Source of the DNA: the human T2T-CHM13v2.0 reference genome, Homo sapiens
Direction: 5' to 3' (one strand)
Length of the DNA: 64,000 bases
NCBI RefSeq assembly: GCF_009914755.1
Contig: NC_060948.1
The notes beneath the pieces are model-generated. The model worked only from the letters and a program-made list of their open reading frames with translations. It was not told the origin of the DNA and did no database searches. The position numbers were made by a program, and so were the translations under genes. Positions 15,071 through 36,831 of the stretch are shown here, piece by piece; position 1 is the first letter of the stretch, and each line of letters begins with the position of its first letter.

Positions 15071-17191
15071 AGATCCATATTTTTTAAATGAAAAAAAATT
15101 TCAAAGGTACTCTGCTTGGTACAATAATCAAATGTATAAACTGAGGAATAAAACATAACCATGAAACCTACTTATAACTGCATATGGAAAATACAGAGGA
15201 TAATTTTTTAAATAACATATTTTGAAAGCCTTAACTAGTAATTTGAAGAGCTGGCATTTGAAAGGCCAGTATGAATATACCTTCAAAGCAGCAACAGAGG
15301 TTCCCCATGAGAAAAAGCAAACACAGGGAAAGTAAAAACACAAAGGTTCAATCTCGTCTGACCTTTGAAAGACACAGCACAGACAGTGGTCCTTAGGACG
15401 AAGAGCAGGAGACCCCTAATTCCGTCACCATGGCGATAGGGCATAAACATTGCTGGGTGAGGGCACAATCCACATTGTGAGGTCCAACTGCTGCCAGGAA
15501 GACAGGAGTGCTTTTACATAGACCGAAAGGTCATTGAAGGCTCAGAGTTTTGTTTCAAGAACTGAATCCCAAGCCCACACGTTATTAGGCTGCGCTTCTT
15601 AAAACAACTTATGAGATGGGAAAAAGGGCACCCACAAACATACGTATACGTTATGTATATAATAATATACAGTATCATATATATAATATATATAACCTAT
15701 GTATAATATTGTTTTACATCCTGCATCTTATGTTATATATATTGTATAAAATATAATAATTGATAATATATAAGTTTTATAATTATACAGTAAGACATAT
15801 AGTATATATTATAATTTATGACATATGTAATATATGTTATATGTCATATATAGAATATATTATACGGTTAATATACGTATTAAATATAAATTATACATTA
15901 TATATATTATATATAATATATCTGTTATATATAATACCCATTATGCATAATATATATATTATGTCTATGTTATATATAGTATAAAACAACATATAATAAT
16001 ATATAATTGTATATATAAAATGCGACATATAATATATATTATATTTTATAACATATGTAATATATATTATATATAATACGTTGTATGTATAATACCTATA
16101 TTAAATATATATTATATGACTATGTTATTAATTACATGTCACATGTGTTATATATTATATATTTTACATAGAATATACCGGTTACATACAATATATACTA
16201 TGTTACCTATAATGTATAATTTATTACATGTAAAATAAAGAATGCAATATATTATGTAAAATTTATAATATACCATATGTGGAATGTGATATATATAACA
16301 TATAATATATGATATATGATATACAGTATATGATATATAACATACAATATATGATTCCTAATATATATGGTATACAATATATATTTTATGATATGTATTC
16401 TATATGTTTTATATTCTGTTATATATAACTATTTGAAATTATATATAACTGTATAATATTTTATGTAAATATGAAATATAATATATATAACTATATAATA
16501 TATTATATATAACTATATATTATATTATATATACTTTTATAACATAATTTACATAAAATATCATAATATAATATATATTATATTATTTCATATTACATAA
16601 TACATATTACATATCACCCAATATAACTAACATACATAATATTATAATATAGATTATATTGTGTTATATTAAATATCATATATATCATGTATCATATATT
16701 CTATAATATATAATACACATTATATAATATGTATGTTGTCTATTACGTGATATATATAACTATATATATAATTATATTTTTATACATATAACTAGATAAA
16801 CATGTAATTCTACATATTTTCATTTATAATATGTAGAATTATATAATCATATATAATTATTTATATTCTATAAAAAATTTTATCATTATATAAATTATAA
16901 TATATAAAAATTATAATATGTACTACAAATATATATATTATATATCATATATGCTATAGTACCTTTGTTATATATCATAATACATATAAATGTGTATTAT
17001 GTTATCTATAATTATATAATTTCATATATAAGTTGTATAATATGTATCATATATTATATATGTTATGTAATATATATAGTATATATAAGATGACACAGGA
17101 TAAATATTATATACTATGACATATAAAATATATGAGGTTATATGTTACATATAAGGCATAGCACATAACATGTAATATATATCATATATAA

Positions 17192-17483
<292 letters not shown>

Positions 17484-19589
17484 AGATCCATATTTTTTAA
17501 ATGAAAAAAAATTTCAAAGGTACTCTGCTTGGTACAATAAACAAATGTATAAACTGAGGAATAAAACATAACCATGAAACCTACTTATAACTGCATATGG
17601 AAAATACAGAGGATAATTTTTTAAATAACATATTTTGAAAGCCTTAACTAGTAATTTGAAGAGTTGGCATTTGAAAGGCCAGTATGAATATACCTTCAAA
17701 GCAGCAACACAGGTTCCCCATGAGAAAAAGCAAACACAGGGAAAATAAAAACACAAAGGTTCAATCTCTTCTGACCTTTGAAAGACACAGCACAGACAGT
17801 GGTCCTTAGGACGAATAGCAGGAGACCCCTAATTCCGTCACCATGGCGATAGGGCATAAACATTGCTGGGTGAGGGCACAATCCACATTGTGAGGTCCAG
17901 CTGCTGCCAGGAAGACAGGAGTGCTTTTACATAGACCGAAAGGTCATTGAAGGCTCAGAGTTTTGTTTCAAGAACTGAATCCCAAGCACACACGTTATTA
18001 GGCTGCGCTTCTTAAAACAAGTTATGAGATGGGAAAAAGGGCACCCACAAACATACGTATACATTATGTATATAATAATATACAGTATCATATATATAAT
18101 ATATATAACCTATGTATAATATTGTTTTACATCCTGCATCTTATGTTATATATATTGTATAAAATATAATAATTGATAATATATAAGTTTTATATTTATA
18201 CAATATGACATATAGTATATATTATAATTTATGACATATGTAATATATGTTATATGTCATATATAGAATATATTATACGGTTAATATACGTATTAAATAT
18301 AAATTATACATTATATATATTATATATAATATATCTGTTATATATAATAACCATTATGCATAATATATATATTATGTCTATGTTATATATAGTATAAAAC
18401 AACATATAATAATATATAATTGTATATGTAAAATGCGACATATAATATATATTATATTTTATAACATATGTAATATATATTATATATTATATATAATACG
18501 TTGTATGAATAATACCTATATTAAATATATATTATATGACTATGTTATTAATTACATGTCACATGTGTTATATATTATATATTTTACATAGAATATACCG
18601 GTTGCATACAATATATACTATGTTACCTATAATGTATAATTTATTACATGTAAAATAAAGAATGCAATATATTATGTATAATTTATAATATACAATATGT
18701 GGAATGTGATATATATAACATATAATATATGATATATGATATACAGTATATGATATATAACATACAATATATGATTCCTAATATATATGGTATACAATAT
18801 ATATTTTATGATATATATTCTATACGTTTTATATTCTGTTATATATAACTATTTGAAATTATATATAACTGTATAATATTTTATGTAAATATGTAATATA
18901 ATATATATAACTATATAATATATTATATATAACTATATATTATGTTATATATACTTTTATAACATAATTTACATAAAATATCATAATATAATATATATTA
19001 TATTATTTCATATTACATAATATATATTACATATCACCCAATATAACTAACATACATAATATTATAATATAGATTATATTGTGTTATATTAAATATCATA
19101 TATATCATGTATCATATATTCTATAATATATAATACACATTATATAATATGTATGTTGTCTATTATGTGATATATATAACTATATATATAATTATATTTT
19201 TATACATATAACTAGATAAACATGTAATTCTACATATTTTCATTTATAATATGTAGAATTATATAATCATATATAATTTTTTATATTCTATAAATATTTT
19301 ATCATTATATAAATTATAATATATAAAAATTATAATATGTACTACAAATATATATATTATATATCATATATGCTATAGTACCTTTGTTATATATCATAAT
19401 ACATATAAATGTGTATTATGTTATCTATAATTATATAATTTCATATATATATGTTGTATAATATGTATCATATATTATATATGTTATGTAATATATATAG
19501 TATATATAAGATGACACAGGATAAATATTATATACTATGACATATAAAATATATGAGGTTATATGTTACATATAAGGCATAGCACATAA

Positions 19590-19904
<315 letters not shown>

Positions 19905-22008
19905 AGATCCATATTTTTTAAATGAAAAAAAATTTCAAAGGTACTCTGCTTGGTACAATAATCAAATGTATAAACTGAGGAATAAAACATAACCATGAAA
20001 CCTACTTATAACTGCGTATGGAAAATACAGAGGATAATTTTTTAAATAATATATTTTGAAAGCCTTAACTAGTAATTTGAAGAGCTGGCATTTGAAAGAC
20101 CAGTATGAATATACCTTCAAAGCAGCAACACAGGTTCCCCATGAGAAAAAGCAAACACAGGGAAAATAAAAACACAAAGGTTCAATCTCTTCTGACCTTT
20201 GAAAGACACAGCACAGACAGTGGTCCTTAGGACGAAGAGCAGGAGACCCCTAATTCCGTCACCATGGCGATAGGGCTTAAACATTTCTGGGTGAGGGCAC
20301 AATCCACATTGTGAGGTCCAACTGCTGCCAGGAAGACAGGAGTGCTTTTACATAGACCGAAAGGTCATTGAAGGCTCAGAGTTTTGTTTCAAGAACTGAA
20401 TCCCAAGCCCACACGTTATTAGGCTGCGCTTCTTAAAACAAGTTATGAGATGGGAAAAAGGGCACCCACAAACATACGTATACATTATGTATATAATAAT
20501 ATACAGTATCATATATAAAATATGTATAACCTATGTATAATATTGTTTTACATCCTGCATCTTATATTATATATATTGTATAAAATATAATAATTGATAA
20601 TATATAAGTTTTATATTTATACAATATGGCATATAGTATATATTATAATTTATGACATATATAATATATGTTACATATCATATACAGAATATATTATACG
20701 GTTAATATACGTATTAAATATAAATTATACATTATATATATTATATAAAATATATCTGTTATATATAATACCCATTATGCATAATATATATATTATGTCT
20801 ATGTTATATATAGTATAAAACAACATATAATAATATATAATTGTATATATAAAATGCGACATATAATATATATTATATTTTATGACATATATAATATGTG
20901 TTATATATTATATATAATACGTTGTATGTATAATACCTATATTAAATATATATTATATGACTATGTTATTAATTACATGTCACATATGTTATATATTATA
21001 TATTTTACATAGAATATACCGGTTACATGCAATATATACTATGTTACCTATAATGTATAATTGATTACATGTAAAATAAAGAATGCAATATATTATGTAT
21101 AATTTATAATATACAATATGTGGAATGTGAGATATATAACATATAATATATGATATATGATATACAGTATATGATATATAACATACAATATATGATACCT
21201 AATATATATGATATACAATATATGTTTTATGATATGTATTCTATATGTTTTATATTCTGTTATATATAACTATTTGAAATTATATATAACTGTATAATAT
21301 TTTATGCAAATATGTAATATAATATATATAACTATATAATATATTATATATAACAATATATTATGTTATATATACTTTTATAACATAATTTACATTAAAT
21401 ATCATAATATAATATATATTATATTATTTCACATTACATAATATATATTACATATCACCCAATATAAGTAACATACATAATATTATAATATAGATTATAT
21501 TATGTTATATTAAATATCATATATATCATGTATCATATATTCTATAATATATATTACACATTATATAATATGTATGTTGTCTATTATGTCATATATATAA
21601 CTATATATATAATTATATTATTATACATATAACTAGATAAACATGAAATTCTACATATTTTCATTTATAATATATAGAATTATATAATGATATATAATTA
21701 TTTATATTCTATAAAATATTATATCATTATATGAATTATAATATATAAAAATTATAATATGTACTATAAATATATATATTATATATCATATATGATATAG
21801 TACCTTGTTATATATCATAATACATATAAATGTGTATTCTGTTATCTACAATTATATAATTTCATATATAAGATATATAATATGTATTATATATTGTATA
21901 TGTTATGTAATATATATAGTATATATAAGCTGACACAGGATAAATATTATATACTATGACATATAAAATATATGAGGTTATATGTTACATATAAGGCATA
22001 GCACATAA

Positions 22009-22323
<315 letters not shown>

Positions 22324-24434
22324 AGATCCATATTTTTTAAATGAAAAAAAATTTCAAAGGTACTCTGCTTGGTACAATAATCAAATGTATAAACTCAGGA
22401 ATGAAACATAACCATGAAACCCACTTATAACTGCATATGGAAAATACAGAGGATAATTTTTTAAATAACATATTTTGAAAGCCTGAACTAGTAATTTGAA
22501 GAGTTGGCATTTGAAAGGCCAGTATGAATATACCTTCAAAGCAGCAACACAGGTTCCCCATGAGAAAAAGCAAACTCAGGGAAAATAAAACCACAAAGGT
22601 TCAATCTCTTCTGACCTTTGAAAGACACAGCACAGACAGTGGTCCTTAGGACGAAGAGCAGGAGACCCCTAATTCCGTCACCATGGCGATAGGGCATAAA
22701 CATTGCTGGGTGAGGGCACAATCCACATTGTGAGGTCCAACTGCTGCCAGGAAGACAGGAGTGCTTTTACATAGACCGAAAGGTCATTGAAGGCTCAGAG
22801 TTTTGTTTCAAGAACTGAATCCCAAGCCCACACGTTATTAGGCTGCGCTTCTTAAAACAAGTTATGAGATGGGAAAAAGGGCACCCACAAACATACGTAT
22901 ACATTATGTATATAATAATATACAGTATCATATATATAATATATATAACCTATGTATAATATTGTTTTACATCCTGCATCTTATATTATATATATTGTCT
23001 AAAATATAATAATTGATAATATATAAGTTTTATATTTATACAATATGACATATAGTATATATTATAATTTATGACATATATAATATATGTTATATATCAT
23101 ATATAGAATATATTATACGGTTAATATACGTATTAAATATAAATTATACATTATATATATTATATATAATATATCTGTTATATATAATACCCATTATGCA
23201 TAATATGTATATTATGTCTATGTTATATATAGTATAAAACAACATATAATAATATATAATTGTATATATAAAATGGGACATATAATATATATTATATTTT
23301 ATGACATATGTATATATATTATATATTATATATAATACGTTGTATGTATAATACCTATATTAAATATATATTATATGACTATGTTATTAATTACATGTCA
23401 CATGTGTTATATATTATATATTTTACATAGAATATACCGGTTACATACAATATATACTATGTTACCTATAATGTATAATTGATTACATGTAAAATAAAGA
23501 ATGCAATATATTATGTATAATTTATAATATACAATATGTGGAACGTGATATATATAACATATAATATATGATATATGATATACAGTATATGATATATAAC
23601 ATACAATATATGATACCTAGTATATATGGTATACAATATATATTTTATGATATGTATTCTATATGTTTTATATTCTGTTATATATAACTATTTGAAATTA
23701 TATATAACTGGATAATATTTTATGTAAATATGTAATATAATATATATAACTATATAATATATTATATATAACTATATATTATGTTATATATACTTTTATA
23801 ACATAATTTACATAAAATGTCATAATATAATATATATTATATTATTCCACATTACATAATATATATTACATATCACCCAATATAAGTAACATAGATAATA
23901 TTATAATATAGATTATATTATGTTATATTAAATATCATATATATCATGTATCATATATTCTATAATATATATTACACATTATATAATATGTATGTTGTCT
24001 ATTATGTGATATATATAACTATATATATAATTATATTATTATACATATAACTAGATAAACATGTAATTCTACATATTTTCATTTATAATATATAGAATTA
24101 TATAATCATATATAATTATTTATATTCTATAAAAAATTATATCATTATATAAATTATAATATAAAAAAATTATAATATGTACTACAAATATATATATTAT
24201 ATATCATATATGATATAGTACCTTTGTTATATATCATAATACATATAAATGTGTATTATGTTATCTATAATTATATAATTTCATATATAAGATGTATAAT
24301 ATGTATTATATATTGTATATGTTATGTATTGTATATAGTATATATAAGCTGACACTGGATAAATATTATATACTATGACATATAAAATATATGAGGTTAT
24401 ATGTTACATATAAGGCATAGCACATAACATGTAA

Positions 24435-24741
<307 letters not shown>

Positions 24742-26853
24742 AGATCCATATTTTTTAAATGAAAAAAAATTTCAAAGGTACTCTGCTTGGTACAATAATC
24801 AAATGTATAAACTGAGGAATAAAACATAACCATGAAACCTACTTATAACTGCATATGGAAAATACAGAGGATAATTTTTTAAATAACATATTTTGAAAGC
24901 CTTAACTAGTAATTTGAAGAGTTGGCATTTGAAAGGCCAGTATGAATATACCTTCAAAGCAACAACACAGGTTCCCCATGAGAAACAGCAAACTCAGGGA
25001 AAATAAAACCACAAAGGTTCAAGCTCTTCTGACCTTTGAAAGACACAGCACAGACAGTGGTCCTTAGGACGAAGAGCAGGAGACCCCTAATTCCGTCACC
25101 ATGGCGATAGGGCATAAACATTGCTGGGTGAGGGCACAATCCACATTGTGAGGTCCAACTGCTGCCAGGAAGACAGGAGTGCTTTTACATAGACCGAAAG
25201 GTCATTGAAGGCTCAGAGTTTTGTTTCAAGAACTGAATCCCAAGCCCACACGTTATTAGGCTGCGCTTCTTAAAACAAGTTATGAGATGGGAAAAAGGGC
25301 ACCCACAAACATACGTATACATTATGTATATAATAATATACAGTATCATATATATAATATATATAACCTATGTATAATATTGTTTTACATCCTGCATCTT
25401 ATATTATATATATTGTCTAAAATATAATAATTGATTATATATAAGTTTTATATTTATACAATATGACATATAGTATATATTATAATTTATGACATATATA
25501 ATATATGTTATATATCATATATAGAATATATTATACGGTTAATATACGTATTAAATATAAATTATACATTATATATATTATATATAATATATCTGTTATA
25601 TATAATACCCATTATGCATAATATGTATATTATGTCTATGTTATATATAGTATAAAACAACATATAATAATACATAATTGTATATATAAAATGCGACATA
25701 TAATATATATTTTATTTTATGACATATGTAATATATATTATATATTATATATAATACGTTGTATGTATAATACCTATATTAAATATATATTATATGACTA
25801 TGTTATTAATTACATGTCACATATGTTATATATTATATATTTTACATAGAATATACCGGTTACATACAATATATACTATGTTACCTATAATGTATAATTG
25901 ATTACATGTAAAATAAAGAATGCAATATATTATGTATAATTTATAATATACAATATATGGAATGTGATATATATAACATATAATATATGATATATGATAT
26001 ACAGTATATGATATATATCATACAATATATGATACCTAGTATATATGGTATACAATATATATTTTATGATATGTATTCTATATGTTTTATATTCTGTTAT
26101 ATATAACTATTTGAAATTATATATAACTGTATAATATTTTATGTAAATATGTAATATAATATATATAACTATATAATATATTATATATAACTATATATTA
26201 TGTTATATATACTTTTATAACATAATTTACATAAAATGTCATAATATAATATATATTATATTATTCCACATTACATAATATATATTACATATCACCCAAT
26301 ATAAGTAACATAGATAATATTATAATATAGATTATATTATGTTATATTAAATATCATATATATCATGTATCATATATTCTATAATATATATTACACATTA
26401 TATAATATGTATGTTGTCTATTATGTGATATATATAAATATATATATAATTATATTATTATACATATAACTAGATAAACATGTAATTCTACATAATTTCA
26501 TTTATAATATATAGAATTATATAATCATATATAATTATTTATATTCTATAAAAAATTATATCATTATATAAATTATAATATAAAAAAATTATAATATGTA
26601 CTACAAATATATATATTATATATCATATATGATATAGTACCTTTGTTATATATCATAATACATATAAATGTGTATTATGTTATCTATAATTATATAATTT
26701 CATATATAAGATATATAATATGTATTATATATTGTATATTTTATGTAATATATATAGTATATATAAGCTGACACAGGATAAATATTATATACTATGACAT
26801 ATAAAATATATGAGGTTATATGTTACATATAAGGCATAGCACATAACATGTAA

Positions 26854-27160
<307 letters not shown>

Positions 27161-29258
27161 AGATCCATATTTTTTAAATGAAAAAAAATTTCAAAGGTAC
27201 TCTGCTTGGTACAATAATCAAATGTATAAACTGAGGAATAAAACATAACCATGAAACCTACTTATAACTGCATATGGAAATTACAGAGGATAATTTTTTA
27301 AATAACATATTTTGAAAGCCTTAACTAGTAATTTGAAGAGTTGGCATTTGTAAGGCCAGTATGAATATACCTTCAAAGCAGCAACACAGGTTCCCCATGA
27401 GAAAAAGCAAACTCAGGGAAAATAAAACCACAAAGGTTCAATCTCTTCTGACCTTTGAAAGACACAGCACAGACAGTGGTCCTTAGGACGAAGAGCAGGA
27501 GACCCCTAATTCCGTCACCATGGCGATAGGGCATAAACATTGCTGGGTGAGGGCACAATCCACATTGAGAGGTCCAACTGCTGCCAGGAAGACAGGAGTG
27601 CTTTTACATAGACCGAAAGGTCATTGAAGGCTCAGAGTTTTGTTTCAAGAACTGAATCCCAAGCCCACACGTTATTAGGCTGCGCTTCTTAAAACAAGTT
27701 ATGAGATGGGAAAAAGGGCACCCACAAACATACGTATACATTATGTATATAATAATATACAGTATCATATATATAATATATATAACCTATGTATAATATT
27801 GTTTTACATCATGCATCTTATATTATATATATTGTATAAAATATAATAATTCATAATATATAACGTTTATATTTATACAATATGACATATAGTATATATT
27901 ATAATTTAATACATATATAATATATGTTATATATCATATATAGAATATATTATACGGTTAATATACGTATTAAATATAAATTATACATTATATATATTAT
28001 ATAAAATATATCTGTTATATATAATACCCTTTATGCATAATATATATATTATGTCTATGTTACATATAGTATAAAACAACATATAATAATATATAATTGT
28101 ATATATAAAATGCGACATATAATATATATTATATTTTATGACATATGTAATATATATTATATATTATATATAATACGTTGTATGTATAATACCTATATTA
28201 AATATATATTATATGACTATGTTATTAATTACATGTCACATATGTTATATATTACATATTTTACATAGAATATACCGGTTACATGCAATATACACTATGT
28301 TACCTATAATGTATAATTGATTACATGTAAAATAAAGAATGCAATATATTATGTATAATTTATAATATACAATATGTGGAATGTGAGATATATAACATAT
28401 AATATATGATATATGATATACAGTATATGATATATAACATACAATATATGATACCTAATATATATGGTATACAATATATATTTTATGATATGTATTCTAT
28501 ATGTTTTATATTCTGTTATATATAACTATTTGAAATTATATATAACTGTATAATATTTTATGCAAATATGTAATATAATATATATAACTATATAATATAT
28601 TATATATAACTATATATTATGTTATATATACTTTTATAACATAATTTACATTAAATATCATAATATAATATATATTATATTATTTCACCTTACATAATAT
28701 ATATTACATATCACCCAATATAAGTAACATACATAATATTATAATATAGATTATATTATGTTATATTAAATATCATATATATCATGTATCATATATTCTA
28801 TAATATATATTACACATTATATAATATGTATGTTGTCTATTATGTGATATATATAACTATATATATAATTATATTATTATACATATAACTAGATAAACAT
28901 GTAATTCTACATATTTTCATTTATAATATATAGAATTATATAATCATATATAATTATTTATATTCTATAAAAAATTATATCATTATATAAATTATAATAT
29001 AAAAAAATTATAATATGTACTACAAATATATATATTATATATCATATATGATATAGTACCTTTGTTATATATCATAATACATATAAATGTGTATTATGTT
29101 ATCTATAATTATATAATTTCATATATAAGATGTATAATATGTATTATATATTGTATATATTATGTAATATATATAGTATATATAAGCTGACACAGGATAA
29201 ATATTATATACTATGACATATAAAATATATGAGGTTATATGTTACATATAAGGCATAG

Positions 29259-29579
<321 letters not shown>

Positions 29580-31676
29580 AGATCCATATTTTGTAAATGA
29601 AAAAAAATTTCAAAGGTACTCTGCTTGGTACAATAATCAAATGTATAAACTGAGGAATGAAACATAACCATGAAACCTACTTATAACTGCATATGGAAAA
29701 TACAGAGGATAATTTTTTAAATAACATATTTTGAAAGCCTTAACTAGTAATTTGAAGAGTTGGCATTTGAAAGGCCAGTATGAATATACCTTCAAAGCAG
29801 CAACACAGGTTCCCCATGAGAAAAAGCAAACTCAGGGAAAATAAAACCACAAAGGTTCAATCTCTTCTGACCTTTGAAAGACACAGAACAGACAGTGGTC
29901 CTTAGGACGAAGAGCAGGAGACCCCTAATTCCGTCACCATGGCGATAGGGCATAAACATTGCTGGGTGAGGGCACAATCCACATTGTGAGGTCCAACTGC
30001 TGCAGGAAGACAGGACTGCTTTTACATAGACCGAAAGGTCATTGAAGGCTCAGAGTTTTGTTTCAAGAACTGAATCCCAAGCCCACATGTTATTAGGCTG
30101 CGCTTCTTAAAACAAGTTATGAGATGGGAAAAAGGGCACCCACAAACATACGTATACATTATGTATATAATAATATACAGTATCATATATATAATATATA
30201 TAACCCATGTATAATATTGTTTTACATCCTGCATCTTATATTATATATATTGTATAAAATATAATAATTGATAATATATAAATTTTATATTTATACAATA
30301 TGACATATAGTATATATTATAATTTATGACATATATAATATATGTTATATATCATATATAGAATATATTATACGGTTAATATACGTATTAAATATAAATT
30401 ATACATTATATATATTATATATAATATATCTGCTATATATAATACCCATTATGCATAATATATATATTATGTCTATGTTATATATAGTATAAAACAACAT
30501 ATAATAATATATAATTGTATATATAAAATGCGACATATAATATATATTATATTTTATGACATATGTAATATATATTATATATTATATATAATACGTTGTA
30601 TGTATAATACCTATATTAAATATAAATTATATGCCTATGTTATTAATTACATGTCACATATGTTATATATTATATATTTTACATAGAATATACCGGTTAC
30701 ATACAATATATACTATGTTACCTATAATGTATAATTGATTACATGTAAAATAAAGAATGCAATATATTATGTATAATTTATAATATACAATATGTGGAAT
30801 GTGATATATATAACATATAATATATGATATATGATATACAGTATATGATATATAACATACAATATATGATACCTAATATATATGGTATACAATATATATT
30901 TTATGATATGTATTCTCTATGTTTTATATTCTGTTATATATAACTATTTGAAATTATATATAACTGTATAATATTTTATGTAAATATGTAATATAATATA
31001 TAACTATATAATATATTATATATAACTATATATTATGTTATATATACTTTTATAACATAATTTACATAAAATATCATAATATAATATATATTATATTATT
31101 TCATATTACATAATATATATTACATATCACCCAATATAAGTAACATACATAATATTTTAATATAGATTATATTATGTTATATTAAATATGATATATATCA
31201 TGTATCATATATTCTATAATATATATGATACATTATATAATATGTATGTTGTCTATTATGTGATATATATAACTATATATAATTATATTATTATACATAT
31301 TACTAGATAAACATGTAATTCTACATATTTTCATTTATAATATATAGAATTATATAATCATATATAATTATTTATATTCTATAAAAAATTATATCATATA
31401 AATTATAATATATAAAAATTATAATATGTACTACAAATATATATATTATATATCATATATGATATAGTACCTTTGTTATATATCATAATACATATAAATG
31501 TGTATTATGTTATCTATAATTATATAATTTCATATATAAGATGTATAATATGTATTATATATTATATATGTTATGTAATATATATAGTATATATAAGATG
31601 ACACAGGATAAATATTATATACTATGACATATAAAATATATGAGGTTATATGTTACATATAAGGCATAGCACATAA

Positions 31677-31991
<315 letters not shown>

Positions 31992-34096
31992 AGATCCATA
32001 TTTTTTAAATGAAAAAAAATTTCAAAGGTACTCTGCTTGGTACAATAATCAAATGTATAAACTGAGGAATAAAACATAACCATGAAACCTACTTATAACT
32101 GCATATGGAAAATACAGAGGATAATTTTTTAAATAACATATTTTGAAAGCCTTAACTAGTAATTTGAAGAGTTGGCATTTGAAAGGCCAGTATGAATATA
32201 CCTTCAAAGCAGCAACACAGGTTCCCCATGAGAAAAAGCAAACACAGGGAAAATAAAAACACAAAGGTTCAATCTCTTCTGACCTTTGAAAGACACAGCA
32301 CAGACAGTGGTCCTTAGGACGAAGAGCAGGAGACCCCTAATTCCGTCACCATGGCGATAGGGCATAAACATTGCTGGGTGAGGGCACAATCCACATTGTG
32401 AGGTCCAACTGCTGCCAGGAAGACAGGAGTGCTTTTACATAGACCGAAAGGTCATTGAAGGCTCAGAGTTTTGTTTCAAGAACTGAATCCCAAGCCCACA
32501 CGTTATTAGGCTGCGCTTCTTAAAACAAGTTATGAGATGGGAAAAAGGGCACCTACAAACATACGTATACATTATGTATATAATAATATACAGTATCATA
32601 TATATAATATATATAACCCATGTATAATATTGTTTTACATCCTGCATCTTATATTATATATATTGTATAAAATATAATAATTGATAGTATATAAGTTTTA
32701 TATTTATACAATATGACATATAGTATATATTATAATTTATGACATATATAATATATGTTATATATCATATATAGAATATATTATACGGTTAATATACGTA
32801 TTAAATATAAATTATACATTATATATATTATATACAATATATATGTTATATACAATACCCATTATGCATAATATATATATTATGTCTATGTTATATATAG
32901 TATAAAACAACATATAATAATATATAATTGTATATATAAAATGCGACATATAATATATATTATATTTTATAACATATGTAATATATATTATATATTATAT
33001 ATAATACGTTGTATGTATAATACCTATATTAAATATATATTATATGACTATGTTATTAATTACATGTCACATGTGTTATATATTATATATTTTACATAGA
33101 ATATACTGGTTACATACACTATATACTATGTTACCTATAATGTATAATTTATTACATGTAAAATAAAGAATGCAATATATTATGTAAAATTTATAATATA
33201 CCATATGTGGAATGTGATATATATAACATATAATATATGATATATGATATACACTATATGATATATAACATACAATATATGATTCCTAATATATATGGTA
33301 TACAATATATATTTTATGATACGTATTCTATATGTTTTATATTCTGTTATATATAACTATTTGAAATTATATATAACTGTATAATATTTTATGTAAATAT
33401 GTAATATAATATATATAACTATATAATATATTATATATAACTATATATTATGTTATATATACTTTTATAACATAATTTACATAAATTAGCATAATATAAT
33501 ATATATTATATTATTTCATATTACATAATATATATTACATATCACCCAATATAACTAACATACATAATATTATAATATAGATTATATTGTGTTATATTAA
33601 ATATCATATATATCATGTATCATATATTCTATAATATATATTACACATTATATAAAATGTATGTTGTCTTTTATGTGATATATATAACTATATATATAAT
33701 TATATTTTTATACATATAACTAGATAAACATGTAATTCTACATATTTTCATTTATAATATGTAGAATTATATAATCATATATAATTATTTATATTCTATA
33801 AAAAATTTTATCATTATATAAATTATAATAAATAAAAATTATAATATGTACTACAAATATATATATTATATATCATATATGCTATAGTACCTTTGTTATA
33901 TATCATAATACATATAAATGTGTATTATGTTATCTATAGTTATATAATTTCATATATAAGATGTATAATATGTATCATATATTATATATGTTATGTAATA
34001 TATATAGTATATATAAGATGACACAGGATAAATATTATATACTATGACATATAAAATATATGAGGTTATATGTTACATATAAGGCATAGCACATAA

Positions 34097-34411
<315 letters not shown>

Positions 34412-36516
34412 AGATCCATATTTTTTAAATGAAAAAAAATTTCAAAGGTACTCTGCTTGGTACAATAATCAAATGTATAAACTGAGGAATAAAACATAAC
34501 CATGAAACCTACTTATAACTGCATATGGAAAATACAGAGGATAATTTTTTAAATAACATATTTTGAAAGCCTTAACTAGTAATTTGAAGAGTTGGCATTT
34601 GAAAGGCCAGTATGAATATACCTTCAATGCAGCAACACAGGTTCCCCATGAGAAAAAGCAAACACAGGGAAAATAAAAACACAAAGGTTCAATCTCTTCT
34701 GACCTTTGAAAGACACAGCACAGACAGTGGTCCTTAGGACGAAGAGCAGGAGACCCCTAATTCCTTCACCATGGCGATAGGGCATAAACATTGCTGGGTG
34801 AGGGCACAATCCACATTGTGAGGTCCAACTGCTGCCAGGAAGACAGGAGTGCTTTTACATAGACCGAAAGGTCATTGAAGGCTCAGAGTTTTGTTTCAAG
34901 AACCGAATCCCAAGCCCACACGTTATTAGGCTGCGCTTCTTAAAACAAGTTATGAGATGGGAAAAAGGGCACCAACAAACATACGTATACATTATGTATA
35001 TAATAATATAGAGTGTCATATATATAATATATATAACCTATGTATAATATTGTTTTACATCCTGCATCTTATGTTATATATATTGTATAAAATATAATAA
35101 TTGATAATATATAAGTTGTATAATTATACAATATGACATATAGTATATATTATAATTTATGACATGTATAATATATGTTATATATCATATACAGAATATA
35201 TTATATGGTTAATATACGTATTAAATATAAATTATACATTATATATATTATATATAATATATCTGTTATATATAATACCCGTTATGCATAATATATATAT
35301 TATGTCTATGTTATATATAGTATAAAACAACATATAATAATATATAATTGTATATATAAAATGCGACATATAATATATATTATATTTTATGACATATGTA
35401 ATATATATTATATATTATATATAATACGTTGTATGTATAATACCTATATTAAATATATATTATATGACTATGTTATTAATTACATGTCACATGTGTTATA
35501 TATTATATATTTTACATAGAATATACCGGTTACATACAATATATACCATGTTACCTATAATGTATAATTTATTACATGTAAAATAAAGAATGCAATATAT
35601 TATGTATAATTTATAATATACAATATGTGGAATGTGATATATATAACATATAATATATGATATATGATATACAGTATATGATATATAACATACAATATAT
35701 GATTCCTAATATATATGGTATACAATATATATTTTATGATATGTATTCTATATGTTTTATATTCTGTTATATATAACTATTTGAAATTATATATAACTGT
35801 ATAATATTTTATGTAAATATGTAATATAATATATATAACTATATAATATATTATATATAACTATATATTATGTTATATATACTTTTATAACATTATTTAC
35901 ATAAAATATCATAATATAATATATATTATATTATTTCATATTACATATTATATATTACATATCACCCAATATAACTAACATACATAATATTATAATATAG
36001 ATTATATTATGTTATATTAAATATCATATATATCATGTATCATATATTCTATAATATATATTACACATTATATAATATGTATGTTGTCTATTATGTGATA
36101 TATATAACTATATATATAATTATATTTTTATACATATAACTAGATAAACATGTAATTCTACATATTTTCATTTATAATATGTAGAAGTATATAATCATAT
36201 ATAATTATTTATATTCTATACAAAATTTTATCATTATATAAATTATAATATATAAAAATTATAATATGTACTACAAATATATATATTATATATCATATAT
36301 GATATAGTACCTTTGTTATATATCATAATACATATAAATGTGTATTATGTTATCTATAATTATATAATTTCATATATAAGATGTATAATATGTATCATAT
36401 ATTATATATGTTATGTAATATATATAGTATATATAAGATGACACAGGATAAATATTATATACTATGACATATAAAATATATGAGGTTATATGTTACATAT
36501 AAGGCATAGCACATAA

Positions 36517-36831
<315 letters not shown>
